DNA of 64,000 nt from an uncultured bacterium (GTDB lineage Bacteria > Acidobacteriota > HRBIN11 > JAKEFK01), in contig CAVZQN010000005.1 in the NCBI GenBank assembly GCA_963777505.1, positions 32,001 through 96,000 on the forward strand, given 5' to 3'. Positions 38,759-49,321 of this stretch are shown here, piece after piece. The notes under the pieces are model-generated. The model did no database searches and was not told the DNA's origin. It saw only the letters and a list, made by a program, of their open reading frames with translations. Each line of letters opens with the position of its first letter. Within the stretch, counting starts at the first letter, position 1. The position numbers and the translations under genes are program-made.

Positions 38759-41274
38759 TTACTGGAAGCTTCCAAACCCGGCGTCGCGTGCCTGCTGCTT
38801 GGCAGTTTTTAATTCGCGTGCAGCTTCGTCGCGCTGATTACTTATTTTAATTCTTTTTTCTAAAATCGGAATTGCTATGTCTGGTCTGCCCGCCATTCGC
38901 CAGGCAATGCCCAAATTAAGCAAAGCAGAGGCATATTCAACGTCTTTTTTCCCTTTTGACAAAGATCTCAGCGATTTCTCCAATAAAGGAATTGCTTCAC
39001 CGGGACGTCCCTGTCGAATTAAAGCTATTCCTTCATTGTTCAAGGATTGATTCTTTTGAATGTCCTCTACATCTGTTCTTGTGGGTTCTGGTTTCTTAAA
39101 AGTGGCGCTCGCAATCACTGCCTCGGCTGGCTGCTGTGTTTTTCGTTTCGATTTTGTTGAAACGGCAGAGGAATCTTTTTTGATCCACGATTGTTTGGCG
39201 TCTGCTCTTTTGGTCGAGCTTTTTTTAACGGTTGCCTTGCTCTCGGAAATTATTGGCTTCGGTTCCGGCTTAGTCTCGTGAGGAATAAACGTTACAGCTT
39301 TTTTGATAGGTTCAGTTTTCGAGGCGGACTGTTGTTGGATTGGACTACGAATTGCACCTTGTCCGGCTAATCTTGAGTTTGGAGTGGGCCACGTCAAAAA
39401 CATAAGAAAAACCAAAATACATAAGGCGCCGGTAATGCCGATTATGAACTTCTCAGGATTTAGATTCGAAAAATAGTACGGTTCAGGAATGTGTATTTGT
39501 TTTTCCTCTGGTTCGAACAACTGCTGGGAAGTTCTTCCTGATCCCATATAGTCGGTTCGAGCTCAATCCACTGCGGTTCACTAAACTTCGATCGAAACTG
39601 TTGAGCGGTAGGAAATTCTTTTGATGATTGCTCAAAAGCGAAATCAGTATTCGGTTGAGTGAATGCAGGTGTTTCGAAAATTGGCGCTTCAATAATTCCA
39701 GGTTGTACATCAGAGGCTTGCAGCTCAGTCATGAATGTCAGGAAAGGATCACTAGAATTTGGAGCATTTTCGATGAACAGCTCCTCAACAATGGGCTCTT
39801 CTATCTGAGTGTATGGTTCTTCTTCTTGAACAGATAGTTCTTCAACAGTCTCAACTTCCGGGAGCTCGGTTGGTGACTGGCTGGCAATTTCAATCGGTTC
39901 TGGAACGATTAATGGAGATATGAAAGCGGTTTCTTCAATAATCTCTTCATGGTTGAGAATGTTGGAGAATTCCTCGATTGCTCGCGGTTCGTAGGTTTGC
40001 AGCTCGGCGGTTTGAAGATCCTGCGGATTGTTAAATTGCAGACTGAGGAAAGGCTGATGCGGGTTGGGTATCTCCAGGAATTCGGCAACCGGTTCAGCGA
40101 TTGGATCTTGATCAGGCGCAGATTCCTGGGCATTCGATGTTGAAGGCACATAGTCTTCAACCCGATTTTCCCAGGTCATTGATTCAGTAAAAGTCTGCTG
40201 GTCTGCTATCAATCTCATGAATGGATCGTCAAGATCAGGATCGTTTTCGAGCGGTTGTTCCTCAACAGGTTCTTCTACTTGAGCGGCTGTTTCTTCTGCA
40301 GTCACAATTTCCGGCACAATTTTTGGCGCAGCTTCTTCCGTCTTGGAGTTGAATTCCACATAGTCTGTTATGAAACTCATGAAAGGGTCCTCAAAATCAG
40401 GATCGTTTTCGAAGAAAACTTCCTCGATAGCGAGTTCTTCTATCTCGGTGTTGGTTTCTGCGACTGCTTCCATTTGAGGTGGATCGTTCAGTGCCTCGAT
40501 GGCGATTTCAATCGGTTCTGAAACGATTAAGGGAGATATAAAAGCGGTTTCTTCAATAATCTCTTCATTATTAATGGTGCCGGAAAATTCCTCGACGGGT
40601 GGAGGTTCGGCGATTTGAAGGTCAGCGGCTTGAATTTCCTCCGGAATGTTAAAGGAAAAACTGAGGAAAGGTTCATGTAGATTATCAGGTATTGCCTGAA
40701 GTTCGTCGTCAACAGAAGCTTTAGGCTTCACTGCAGTTTCTTCGACTATATTTGGCTCTACCTGCATTTCTTGCTCATTGCGGGAAAGCGGCTGGGTAGC
40801 ATCAAAGTCTACTTTCTGCGCAACAGGTGATTCTGGTGTAGCTATGGATACGGGTTGGGATTCTTCGACGGTGGGCGTGGTGGATTGTTGAGGCTCTTTC
40901 TTATGAAGAGAAATAAATCTTGAAACGACAACGGCTCTTCTTAGAATCTTCTCGACATCTCTTGTTCTTGCTGTCGATATTGCCGTCTCGCCAGCCTCAT
41001 TTACAAATTCAGGTCTTGCACCTGCGGCCATGAGCATCTGGACGATTTCGGTGCTTCCTATAGATGAAGCAACCATCAAAGGGGTTCGTCCATTCTTGTC
41101 TACGCTATTTACGTCGGCGCCAAGTTGAATTAAACCGGCAACCATATCGCGATCGTTTGTTAAGATTGCAGACGAGAGACCCATCAACTTCGAAACAGGG
41201 AAGTTGCATTCAGGACACGCGATCGCCGTACCTGGTACTTCGACAGAACATTCTGGACAGTGTATGGAATTCAT
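38759..41274 (-). CDS. Paralogous zinc-ribbon + ankyrin + acidic repeat spacer + TM + TPR protein, frameshifted near 39526-39528
   Basis: N-terminal CPEC..CPEC and ankyrin. The C-terminal TPR (LGIAWRMAGRPDIAIPILE) is near-identical to that of the adjacent paralog. Adding one base at the CCC run joins the two ORFs. Confidence 0.75.
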
Positions 41275-41423
41275 TTCGAACCCTTATCAATCTATTATAG
41301 GCGTTCGAGTAGTTGTTGGTATAGGGGACGAAATAAAAAACTCAGGCTGAAACTTGTAAATTATTCTTTAGCGTACGCGAGTCAAGTTCCATATTCATCA
41401 AGCCCCGATGTAAAATAGAAATC

Positions 41424-42822
41424 ATGATTAAGAAAACTTTCATATTCCTTGCCGTTTTAGTATGGTCCACCTTTATTTTTGCTGATTCTGTCGATGAATA
41501 TCTTGAATCTCAGCTGAAGGAGCAGAAAATTCCAGGAATTTCGCTTGCCATTGTTAAGGATGGAACAATTGTCAAGGCGCAAGGTTATGGGTTCTCCAAC
41601 CTGGAACATCAGGTTCCGGCCAAACCAGAAACGATCTACCAATCTGGATCTGTGGGCAAACAATTCACAGCTACGGCTGTAATGATGCTTGTTCAAGACG
41701 GAAAAATCGCTTTGGATGATCCAATCACGAAATATTTTGAAGATACACCCAAGTTTTGGAAAAAGATTACCGTCCGTCATTTGCTGACCCATACCTCGGG
41801 AATTCCTGATTACACAGGTGGAGATGTCAATTACCGTAGTGATTATAACGAAGATGCTCTTCTTAAGATATTGATGAAATTGAAGCCAGAGTTTTCTCCT
41901 GGTGAAAAATGGAATTACAGTAATTCAGGTTACATGTTGCTCGGTTTTTTGATTCGCAAAGTCACAGGGAAATTTTATGGCGATGTGCTTGAAGAGCGCG
42001 TATTCGGTCCCCTTGGAATGACAACGGCGCAAGTAATCAGCGAAGCGCAGATTATTCCGAATCGAGCTGCCGGATATGAAGTGGATAAGGATAAATTAAA
42101 AAACCAGGATTGGGTTTCACCAACATTAAATACGACTGCCGACGGTGCACTCTATTTGACCGTTCTGGATATGGCTCGCTGGGATGAAGGCCAATACGGG
42201 ACAAAATTGCTTCAGCCGGAAAGTTTTACAAAGATGTGGACCCCTGTGATGCTGAACAATCAAACATCATATCCATATGGATTCGGCTGGCGCCTTGGGT
42301 TATCAGCGCGGCCATCGGATCATTGAACATGGTGGGCACTGGCAAGGTTTCAGTACAGCGATCAGCCGGTATCCTGATTACAAATTGACCGTAATCATTT
42401 TAACGAATCTTTCCGATATCAACGCAGTATCGATTGCTGAGGAAGTTGCAGGAATTTATGAACCTGCTTTGCAATCTGTCAGGAACCTGCAGCCAGCAGC
42501 AGAATCAGATCCAGTATTGACTGCAAAACTAAAGCAAATGCTGTTGGATGTTGGAGCGGAAAAAGATCCGGAAATCCTGATGCCGACGTTCCGTGAGTTG
42601 CTCGAGGACTATAGGGAGGAAGAAATTTCTATAATTGCCAGGGATTTGAAGGCCTTTGAACCTCTGGGGTGTGATCAAGTGCAAGGTGAACCGATGGAGT
42701 TTTATGGGGGCAAGGCTGTTCAATTCTGCAATTATCGCGTTGAGAGCCCTGGTAAGCTTCGCTTCCTGACGGCAGGGATTACTGCAGAAGGTAAGATTAC
42801 AGAATTTTCGCTGGCGAAATAA
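41424..42822 (+). CDS. Serine hydrolase (beta-lactamase class C-like), frameshifted near 42297-42299
   Basis: SVGK (SxxK), LLTHTSG and YSN; HGG lies in the second ORF; signal peptide. Confidence 0.88.
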
Positions 42823-42867
42823 GCCGGGGTTTGTCGTAATTCGTCTCAATCACTACATTTAAATACC

Positions 42868-43836
42868 ATGAATATACGCAGCAAAATTTCCATCCTCAGT
42901 TTATTGGTCTTGTTGGTTCCATTTGCTTCCGCACAACAAATTGAAGAACAAGTAGAAGTTGACCTGGTACAAGTCGATCTTGTTGCAACAGATAAAAAAG
43001 GCGCGCTTGTTACTGATTTAACTGCAGAAGATTTTGTTTTGAAAGAAGGTGGCGATGTTCAGAAGATCAGCCATTTCTACAATGCCTCCAAGGAAGAGAT
43101 ACGATTTCCACTAACAATGTCGTTTCTGGTTGATACAAGTGGAAGCATGGGTGAATCCGTTGCGGGCTTGACCAGAATCGAGATTGCAGTACAAGCTGCC
43201 GAACTTATCATGGCCCAGATGAGACCGGAGGATAAACTTGAACTGATTGAGTTCAATAAAGAACCAATTGAACAAGTTTCATTTACGTCCGATATCCCAG
43301 CTGTCCGGGAGAAACTCAAGACGTTAACATTCAAAGAGGCAAGTACATCCATGCATGATTCTGTGATGTTTGCTCTGAACAAAATCAATACTCAGTCTGG
43401 GAGAAAGATTGTCGTGATCTTTTCGGATGGAATCGATTCATCCAGCAAGGCGATTGAGGATGATGTTATTGAAGCTGTGAAAAAATCTGATGCAACACTC
43501 ATTACGTTTTATACAGAATTTGTGAAACTCAATTTCCCGGCAGCGGGTGGAGGAATGGGCGGCGATCCAAACAACATCGGAAGAGTGAGAATCAGAATGG
43601 GTGAAGATCAACTTCGATTGTATTGTCAAATGAGCGGTGGATTGTTTTTTTCATTTAGAAAAGAGCCTGAACTGCTGAAGGCATTGGAAAGTTTTCGGGC
43701 ATTTGTGCGAAGCCAATATACTCTCGCCTATACACCACCAGCAAAAAAGAAAAAAGCGGGATGGCGAAAGATTAAAGTGGAATGCAAACGCAAAGACGTT
43801 GAACTCCGCCACCGCGAAGGTTACTGGGCTAGCTAA
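42868..43836 (+). CDS. Exported VWA domain protein
   Basis: DTSGSM MIDAS motif, FSDG, QYTLAY, RHREGY. Confidence 0.88.
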   Translation: MNIRSKISILSLLVLLVPFASAQQIEEQVEVDLVQVDLVATDKKGALVTDLTAEDFVLKEGGDVQKISHFYNASKEEIRFPLTMSFLVDTSGSMGESVAGLTRIEIAVQAAELIMAQMRPEDKLELIEFNKEPIEQVSFTSDIPAVREKLKTLTFKEASTSMHDSVMFALNKINTQSGRKIVVIFSDGIDSSSKAIEDDVIEAVKKSDATLITFYTEFVKLNFPAAGGGMGGDPNNIGRVRIRMGEDQLRLYCQMSGGLFFSFRKEPELLKALESFRAFVRSQYTLAYTPPAKKKKAGWRKIKVECKRKDVELRHREGYWAS

Positions 43837-43849
43837 GTTGCCGCAGCTA

Positions 43850-43913
43850 GGGACCGCGGCTAAGGGACCGCGGACGTCCCGTCCGCATCGGGGATCGCAG
43901 GCGTCCCGCCTGC
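43850..43913 (+). repeat. Cluster of GGGA-type REP-like hairpins
   Basis: GGGACC-GCGGACG-TCC-CGTCCGC and GGGATC-GCAGGCG-TCC-CGCCTGC, plus a partial copy. Confidence 0.75.
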
Positions 43914-43926
43914 TATAAAATGAGCT

Positions 43927-45270
43927 ATGAACAAACGCGTGTTGATGGTTCAACCATGGATCCACGATTTTTCAGCCTATGATTTATGGATTCAGCCATT
44001 AGGACTGCTTTATCTTGCTGGAGTTCTTGAAGAACATGGTGTTGAAATTGATTACATCGATTGCTTGAGGAATCGGTGTGATATTCGTCCGGATGGGCGG
44101 GCAAAATTCGCTAAATCCGATTTGCCGGTACCTGAAGTGTTGAAAGGCATCAAACGCAAGTACAGCCGGTTTGGAATTACACCCGAAGATTTCAGAGCAC
44201 GTTTAACGTCTTTAGCGAAACCCGACTTAATTCTCGTTACTTCCGGAATGACGTATTGGTATCCTGGTGTCCAGGAAGCGATCTGCGAAATTCGCGCATT
44301 CTTTCCAGATGTGCAGATCATTCTTGGTGGAATTTACGCCACGCTGATGCCTGAACATGCCCGCCGTCATTCAGGGGCAGATCTGGTGATCACCGGTCAA
44401 TTTGAAAACGGAATTGTTGAATTCATTACAGGGTCTCGCGGCCGTACATATGATTCATTAAATGACTTTCCGTATCCGGCCTGGCATTTGACCGGTGAAC
44501 AAAACTATCGCGTGATCATGACCTCGAGGGGATGTCCGTATCGCTGCACCTTTTGCGCTTCCGACTTGCTCAATGCAGAACGTTTTAGCTTGCGAACCCC
44601 CGATGCTGTTGTGAAGGAAATAGAGTCATACTATCAAGATAATATTATGAATATAGTGTTCTATGACGATGCATTATTAATCCGTCATAAGCATCATCTT
44701 GAGCCAATCTTGCGTGGACTGATTGAACGTAAGATCAACGTATCATTTCATACGCCAAACGGACTGAATGCGCGTGAAGTGGACGAACAACTTGCGGAAT
44801 TGATGTTCCAGGCGTCGTTCCGTACGATCCGGCTTTCACTGGAGTCCGTAAATCCGGAAATTCAAAAGGTGCAATCCAACAATAAGGTGACTAACAGCTT
44901 ATTTGTGAATGCAATTCAGAATTTATATCGTGCAGGATACAAGCCCGGTGATATTGAGTGCTATCTGATTCTCGGACTCCCCGGACAGTCTCCGAAAGAT
45001 GTGCGTGAGAGTCTCGCATTCGTCCATGACCTTGGTGTGATTACGCGGCTTGCGGTATTTTCTCCGATTCCCGGAACAGTTGAAGCAGAAGCAGCTCGCA
45101 AAATAATCGGTGATGCATTTTTGCATGAACCGCTTTTGCAAAACCACTCAGCTTTTCCGCTCAAAGACAACTCAATGTCAGAAGATGAACTTCAGTCAAT
45201 TAAGCTGGAGTGCCAGAGCTATAACGAGTCCATTCGAAAGCCGGCGAAACTGGAAGTTTGCCTCTCTTAA
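43927..45270 (+). CDS. B12-binding domain radical SAM protein
   Basis: PLGLLYLA, ILGGIYAT, SRGCPYRCTFC. Confidence 0.9.
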   Translation: MNKRVLMVQPWIHDFSAYDLWIQPLGLLYLAGVLEEHGVEIDYIDCLRNRCDIRPDGRAKFAKSDLPVPEVLKGIKRKYSRFGITPEDFRARLTSLAKPDLILVTSGMTYWYPGVQEAICEIRAFFPDVQIILGGIYATLMPEHARRHSGADLVITGQFENGIVEFITGSRGRTYDSLNDFPYPAWHLTGEQNYRVIMTSRGCPYRCTFCASDLLNAERFSLRTPDAVVKEIESYYQDNIMNIVFYDDALLIRHKHHLEPILRGLIERKINVSFHTPNGLNAREVDEQLAELMFQASFRTIRLSLESVNPEIQKVQSNNKVTNSLFVNAIQNLYRAGYKPGDIECYLILGLPGQSPKDVRESLAFVHDLGVITRLAVFSPIPGTVEAEAARKIIGDAFLHEPLLQNHSAFPLKDNSMSEDELQSIKLECQSYNESIRKPAKLEVCLS

Positions 45271-46359
45271 CTAATTTGGGAGGCCATCGGGGAAATCGCT
45301 GAGAGGTTGATCCAATTCACGATAGGCGCGGGCAACAAATACATTCAGAAAGTAAGCTTTGAATTCTGCAATCTGCTGAGAATCAGTTAAGCCAATTGTT
45401 TTGGCAATTTCAGAATTATTTTTTGCAGCAATTTCCTTCACTTGCTCTAATGACGATCCTTTGGCTTTCGCATCCTTCACAAGATCCATCACTTGCTTGA
45501 ACATCGCGATGTTCCGATCGATATAATCGGGCTTTTGTACATCTCCGTGGCCCGGGATCACAAGCGCAGGTTTGAGTGTTGCAAAGTTCTGTAGCGTCTG
45601 TAACCAGCTAGCTGGATACGTTCCCCCGGTGCCGAAAGGATAAGGACTCAACAAAATATCGCCTGTAATCAAGATCTTTTCTTTCGGCAAATGGAGATAT
45701 GTATCACCAATAGTAACCGCACGTGCATGAAGAATCTGAATCTCCCGTCCACCCGGACGAATCGTCATTGAATCTGAAAAAGTCTTGTTAGGAAGCGTCT
45801 TTTTCAATGATGTTTTTTGCTCCAGAAAGTTCTTGTCCGCCGCGAGCAGTTCTTTCATTGGTTTCAATTTTGATAATTTCGTTCCATCTCTTTTCGCCTT
45901 TTCAAATTGTTTTTCAAGATCATTCAAATATTGAGGCAATCCAACCTTCAAGCCTTGATCGTTCCATCGAGGTTCAACTGTCTTTAGTTGTTCTAGAGTT
46001 TTTTCATGGCTGATGATCTGTAGCTCGGGATAAGCAGCAAGATATACTTCATTGCCACCCCAATGATCCCAATGCCAGTGCGAATTGATTAAATACTTGA
46101 CGGGCTTGTCCGTAAGTTTTTTAATTTCAGCAAGAACAATCGAAGCGGTTTGAGGAATTGCCGTTGAATCAAAAACAACAACACTCTCTTCAGTTAAAAT
46201 GGCAACAGAATTTCCGCTCATGCCAACATCGCCGTACGGGCTCGTTCTAAAAAGATAAACGCCTTCGGCAACTTTCTGAACGTCGACTTTTCCATAGTCT
46301 TCGGCATAAAGCCCTATTAGTGAAAACATAGCCAAAACAAAAAAGATTAGAGATTTCAT
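45271..46359 (-). CDS. Exported MBL-fold metallo-hydrolase
   Basis: SHWHWDHWGGN, TGD, PGHG; signal peptide. Confidence 0.88.
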   Translation of the reverse strand: MKSLIFFVLAMFSLIGLYAEDYGKVDVQKVAEGVYLFRTSPYGDVGMSGNSVAILTEESVVVFDSTAIPQTASIVLAEIKKLTDKPVKYLINSHWHWDHWGGNEVYLAAYPELQIISHEKTLEQLKTVEPRWNDQGLKVGLPQYLNDLEKQFEKAKRDGTKLSKLKPMKELLAADKNFLEQKTSLKKTLPNKTFSDSMTIRPGGREIQILHARAVTIGDTYLHLPKEKILITGDILLSPYPFGTGGTYPASWLQTLQNFATLKPALVIPGHGDVQKPDYIDRNIAMFKQVMDLVKDAKAKGSSLEQVKEIAAKNNSEIAKTIGLTDSQQIAEFKAYFLNVFVARAYRELDQPLSDFPDGLPN

Positions 46360-46576
46360 AATGTTTCAATATCTTAAGCTGATTCGATATTTCAGCAATC
46401 GGATTGGAAGATCAGGGCGACTTATGGAATTGAACGGGCCAGAGCTGTTCTTAATCGGGATCGATTACGATGATGATTGTAATCAGAGTCTAAAAACCCG
46501 CTTTCATATTAACTCGGTACATTACAGGTTAATTTTGTGCAAGCGATCCGTTTCAGTCAGCCGTTATGCTTGAAAC

Positions 46577-47758
46577 ATGATTAACAAAACTGGATTCAAT
46601 ACGCGTGCAGCGAAGACTCACATCGATGGAAGGAAAATTCTCAGACCGCTTACAATTCCCATTATGCAAGGCACCACTTTTGAAATGGAATCAAGCGAAG
46701 AGCTTGGCTCGCTTTTCAAGAATACGGCGGATATCGTTTATACACGTTTTGGAAATCCGACAATCAGCGCTGCGTCGCAAAAATGCGCTTCTCTGGAAGG
46801 CGCCGAATCGGCAGTTGTGTTTTCGTCAGGAATGGGGGCGATTACAACATCGTTGCTTTCTGTTTTGAAGTCGGGTGATCATGTTGTTGCGCAGCAGAAT
46901 ATTTTTGCACAGACTTTTACATTTTTAACTAAAGTCGCAAAGACGCTCGGGATTGAAACGACTTTCGTCAATGCTTACGAGCCAGAGGAAATCAAACGGG
47001 CGATCCGATCTGAAACGGTTCTGATTTATATAGAAACTCCTTCAAATCCAGTTCTTGAAATTGCAGATATCAGAAAAATTGCAAAAATCGCAAAAGATGC
47101 AAAACTCCTTTTATACGTGGATAGCACATTTGCAACCCCTTACGTCCAAAAGCCGATTGAACTAGGAGCGAATCTTGTATTGCATTCCGGTTCAAAATAC
47201 TTCGGCGGCCACAATGATCTTCTGTGCGGGATTGCTGCCGGTGACGCATCTTTAATCCAGCGCGTCCGGTCTATGCAAATTCTGCTTGGTAACATCATGG
47301 ATCCACACGCAGCATGGGTATTGCTGCGCGGGATAAAAACGCTTGGACTGCGAGTTCAGCGACAGTCCGAAAATGCATACGAAATTGCGAAGTTCCTAAA
47401 AGCTCAAAAAAATATTATTCATGTGCATTATCCCTGGTTGAATTCATCGCGTGGTTTTGAAATTGCGCAATCTCAAATGGCAAGCGGCGGGGGAATGGTG
47501 TCATTTGAACCTTCTGGTGGTGTCGAAGCCTCTCGTGCTTTTTTGAATGCCTTGAAGTTAATTCCGGTAGCGACAAGCCTGGGCAGTGTAGAAAGTGTGA
47601 TCGAAATTCCGAATGATCTTGATTTCTCTGCCGATGAACTCGGTGAAGGTACAAAGCAAATGGCGATCAGCGATGCGTTAATCAGGCTGTCAGTCGGCAT
47701 TGAGGATGTGCACGATTTGAAAGCAGATTTGGAACGCGGTCTGGATGCGATTCGTTAA
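46577..47758 (+). CDS. PLP-dependent trans-sulfuration enzyme (cystathionine gamma-synthase / methionine gamma-lyase family)
   Basis: YTRFGNPT, FSSGMGA, ETPSNP, HSGSKYFGGHND. Confidence 0.92.
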   Translation: MINKTGFNTRAAKTHIDGRKILRPLTIPIMQGTTFEMESSEELGSLFKNTADIVYTRFGNPTISAASQKCASLEGAESAVVFSSGMGAITTSLLSVLKSGDHVVAQQNIFAQTFTFLTKVAKTLGIETTFVNAYEPEEIKRAIRSETVLIYIETPSNPVLEIADIRKIAKIAKDAKLLLYVDSTFATPYVQKPIELGANLVLHSGSKYFGGHNDLLCGIAAGDASLIQRVRSMQILLGNIMDPHAAWVLLRGIKTLGLRVQRQSENAYEIAKFLKAQKNIIHVHYPWLNSSRGFEIAQSQMASGGGMVSFEPSGGVEASRAFLNALKLIPVATSLGSVESVIEIPNDLDFSADELGEGTKQMAISDALIRLSVGIEDVHDLKADLERGLDAIR

Positions 47759-48288
47759 GATTGTGCTGAAGTGATCTTCTTTGAATCTGCAATACGGCGA
47801 CGCGCCAGGTAGGGGAGAGCAAAAAGGTAAATGCCAGTAATCACCAACAACAAAAGGCAAAAACCTACAGGCAGAAAAATTCCGTATTTTACTGAACTAT
47901 GAAACCAGGATCCGTCATGGATGGATTCAATCAGATCGGAACGTCTGAATGCTACTTGTAAAACTTTCCCCGTTTCGCTATCGATTTGAATTTCCCAGTT
48001 TGATTTCGACCATACTTTTAGCATTCCTTTCGAAGGCCGAACATCAACACGGTTTATGTCGTCCCATGTGCGGATGTCTGCAACGGCAACCTCTTTGCAA
48101 ATTCTTAATACCTCATCAAATCCGATAATGGGAACCGTGCCAGTGCCAGCGGTTTCATTTGGCTGAATCCAATCAACGTGCTTTTTTAGCTGCAGCATGA
48201 TCCCGGTACAAATGATGATCAGCAGCGGCGTAGCAACGACAATTGCAACCCACGAGTGCAGCTTTCGATTAAAAATTTGAAACTTCAC
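47755..48288 (-). CDS. PepSY-associated TM protein
   Basis: RKLHSW, IESIHDGSW, ITGIYLF. Confidence 0.82.
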   Translation of the reverse strand: MKFQIFNRKLHSWVAIVVATPLLIIICTGIMLQLKKHVDWIQPNETAGTGTVPIIGFDEVLRICKEVAVADIRTWDDINRVDVRPSKGMLKVWSKSNWEIQIDSETGKVLQVAFRRSDLIESIHDGSWFHSSVKYGIFLPVGFCLLLLVITGIYLFALPYLARRRIADSKKITSAQS

Positions 48289-48434
48289 AACACTATATTA
48301 GACGCAAAAAATAGAAATTTCTTTCGTTTTCAGGAATTGTTTCAGACGATTAAAGATCGCAGCACAACTGTAATTAATAAACTTGATGGATGCTGTATGT
48401 ATTTGTCCAGCAGAATTAAAAGTACAATCCCGTC

Positions 48435-49253
48435 ATGATGCGGTTAACGCAAGCTGAATATCTTGGTTTGCCTGTACTTCGCCGCGAATTGAATGGTCTG
48501 ATCCTGACGGAAAAAGTATTTCCCGCCTCTTATCATCTTCCAACTCACACTCATGAGAAACTGTGTGTCTGTACAATTCTTCAAGGCACAATGCATGAAA
48601 TCGGCAAAGATTCAAAAAGAGTGTTTAACGCAATAACTACTGTGTTTCACCCGGCCGGCGAAATTCATTACGACAAGTTTGGTTCTGATGAAACCCATGT
48701 AGTGAGTCTGGAGTTTGGACAAGTCTGGCAGGAACGTTTGCGGCCTTATGCAGAATGGCTTGAAAGACCACGACAACATCAAAATGATTCAGTGACGTGG
48801 TTAGGTCTTAACATTCACCGTGAGTTTCAAAAATTCGATGTTGCGACGCCTCTAGCAGTGGAGGCGCTTGCGCTGGAACTTGTATCACGGATTATCAGGG
48901 CAGAGAAGCCGCGCAAAGAGAATGAAGCTCCAAAGTGGTTGAAAAGGATTGAAGAATTTCTAAATGAACATTTTGAAGATCCGATCACTTTGGATCAACT
49001 TTCACAAATTGCCGGAGTTCATGGCGTCCATTTGATTCGAACATTTCGGAAATTTCATGGGACAACCGTTGGAGAATATTTACGCCGCCGGCGGATCGAA
49101 TTTGCTTGCAAATTATTGCAGAACAGTAAACTCTCCGTAACGCAGGTTGCCATTCAGGCTGGTTTTTATGACCAGAGCCACTTCACACGCACCTTCCGCT
49201 CATTCGTTGGTCTGACTCCAGGCCAATTCCGTTCGCAATTAATAAACCGCTAG
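48435..49253 (+). CDS. AraC family regulator
   Basis: HTHE cupin; GFYDQSHFTRTFR. Confidence 0.92.
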   Translation: MMRLTQAEYLGLPVLRRELNGLILTEKVFPASYHLPTHTHEKLCVCTILQGTMHEIGKDSKRVFNAITTVFHPAGEIHYDKFGSDETHVVSLEFGQVWQERLRPYAEWLERPRQHQNDSVTWLGLNIHREFQKFDVATPLAVEALALELVSRIIRAEKPRKENEAPKWLKRIEEFLNEHFEDPITLDQLSQIAGVHGVHLIRTFRKFHGTTVGEYLRRRRIEFACKLLQNSKLSVTQVAIQAGFYDQSHFTRTFRSFVGLTPGQFRSQLINR

Positions 49254-49278
49254 TAGGGGCGGGTCTAAGACCCGCCCG
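49253..49278 (+). repeat. GTAG-type REP palindrome
   Basis: Identical to 9601-9626 on the opposite strand. Confidence 0.85.
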
Positions 49279-49283
49279 TATAT

Positions 49284-49312
49284 TTGACATTCTTCGAATG
49301 TTAGATTAGTAT
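49284..49312 (+). promoter_or_regulatory. Sigma70-like promoter with an overlapping palindrome (probable ArsR operator)
   Basis: TTGACA-N17-TAGTAT; ACATTC-TTC-GAATGT; ATG about 9 nt after the -10. Confidence 0.65.
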
Positions 49313-49321
49313 CTATCTACT

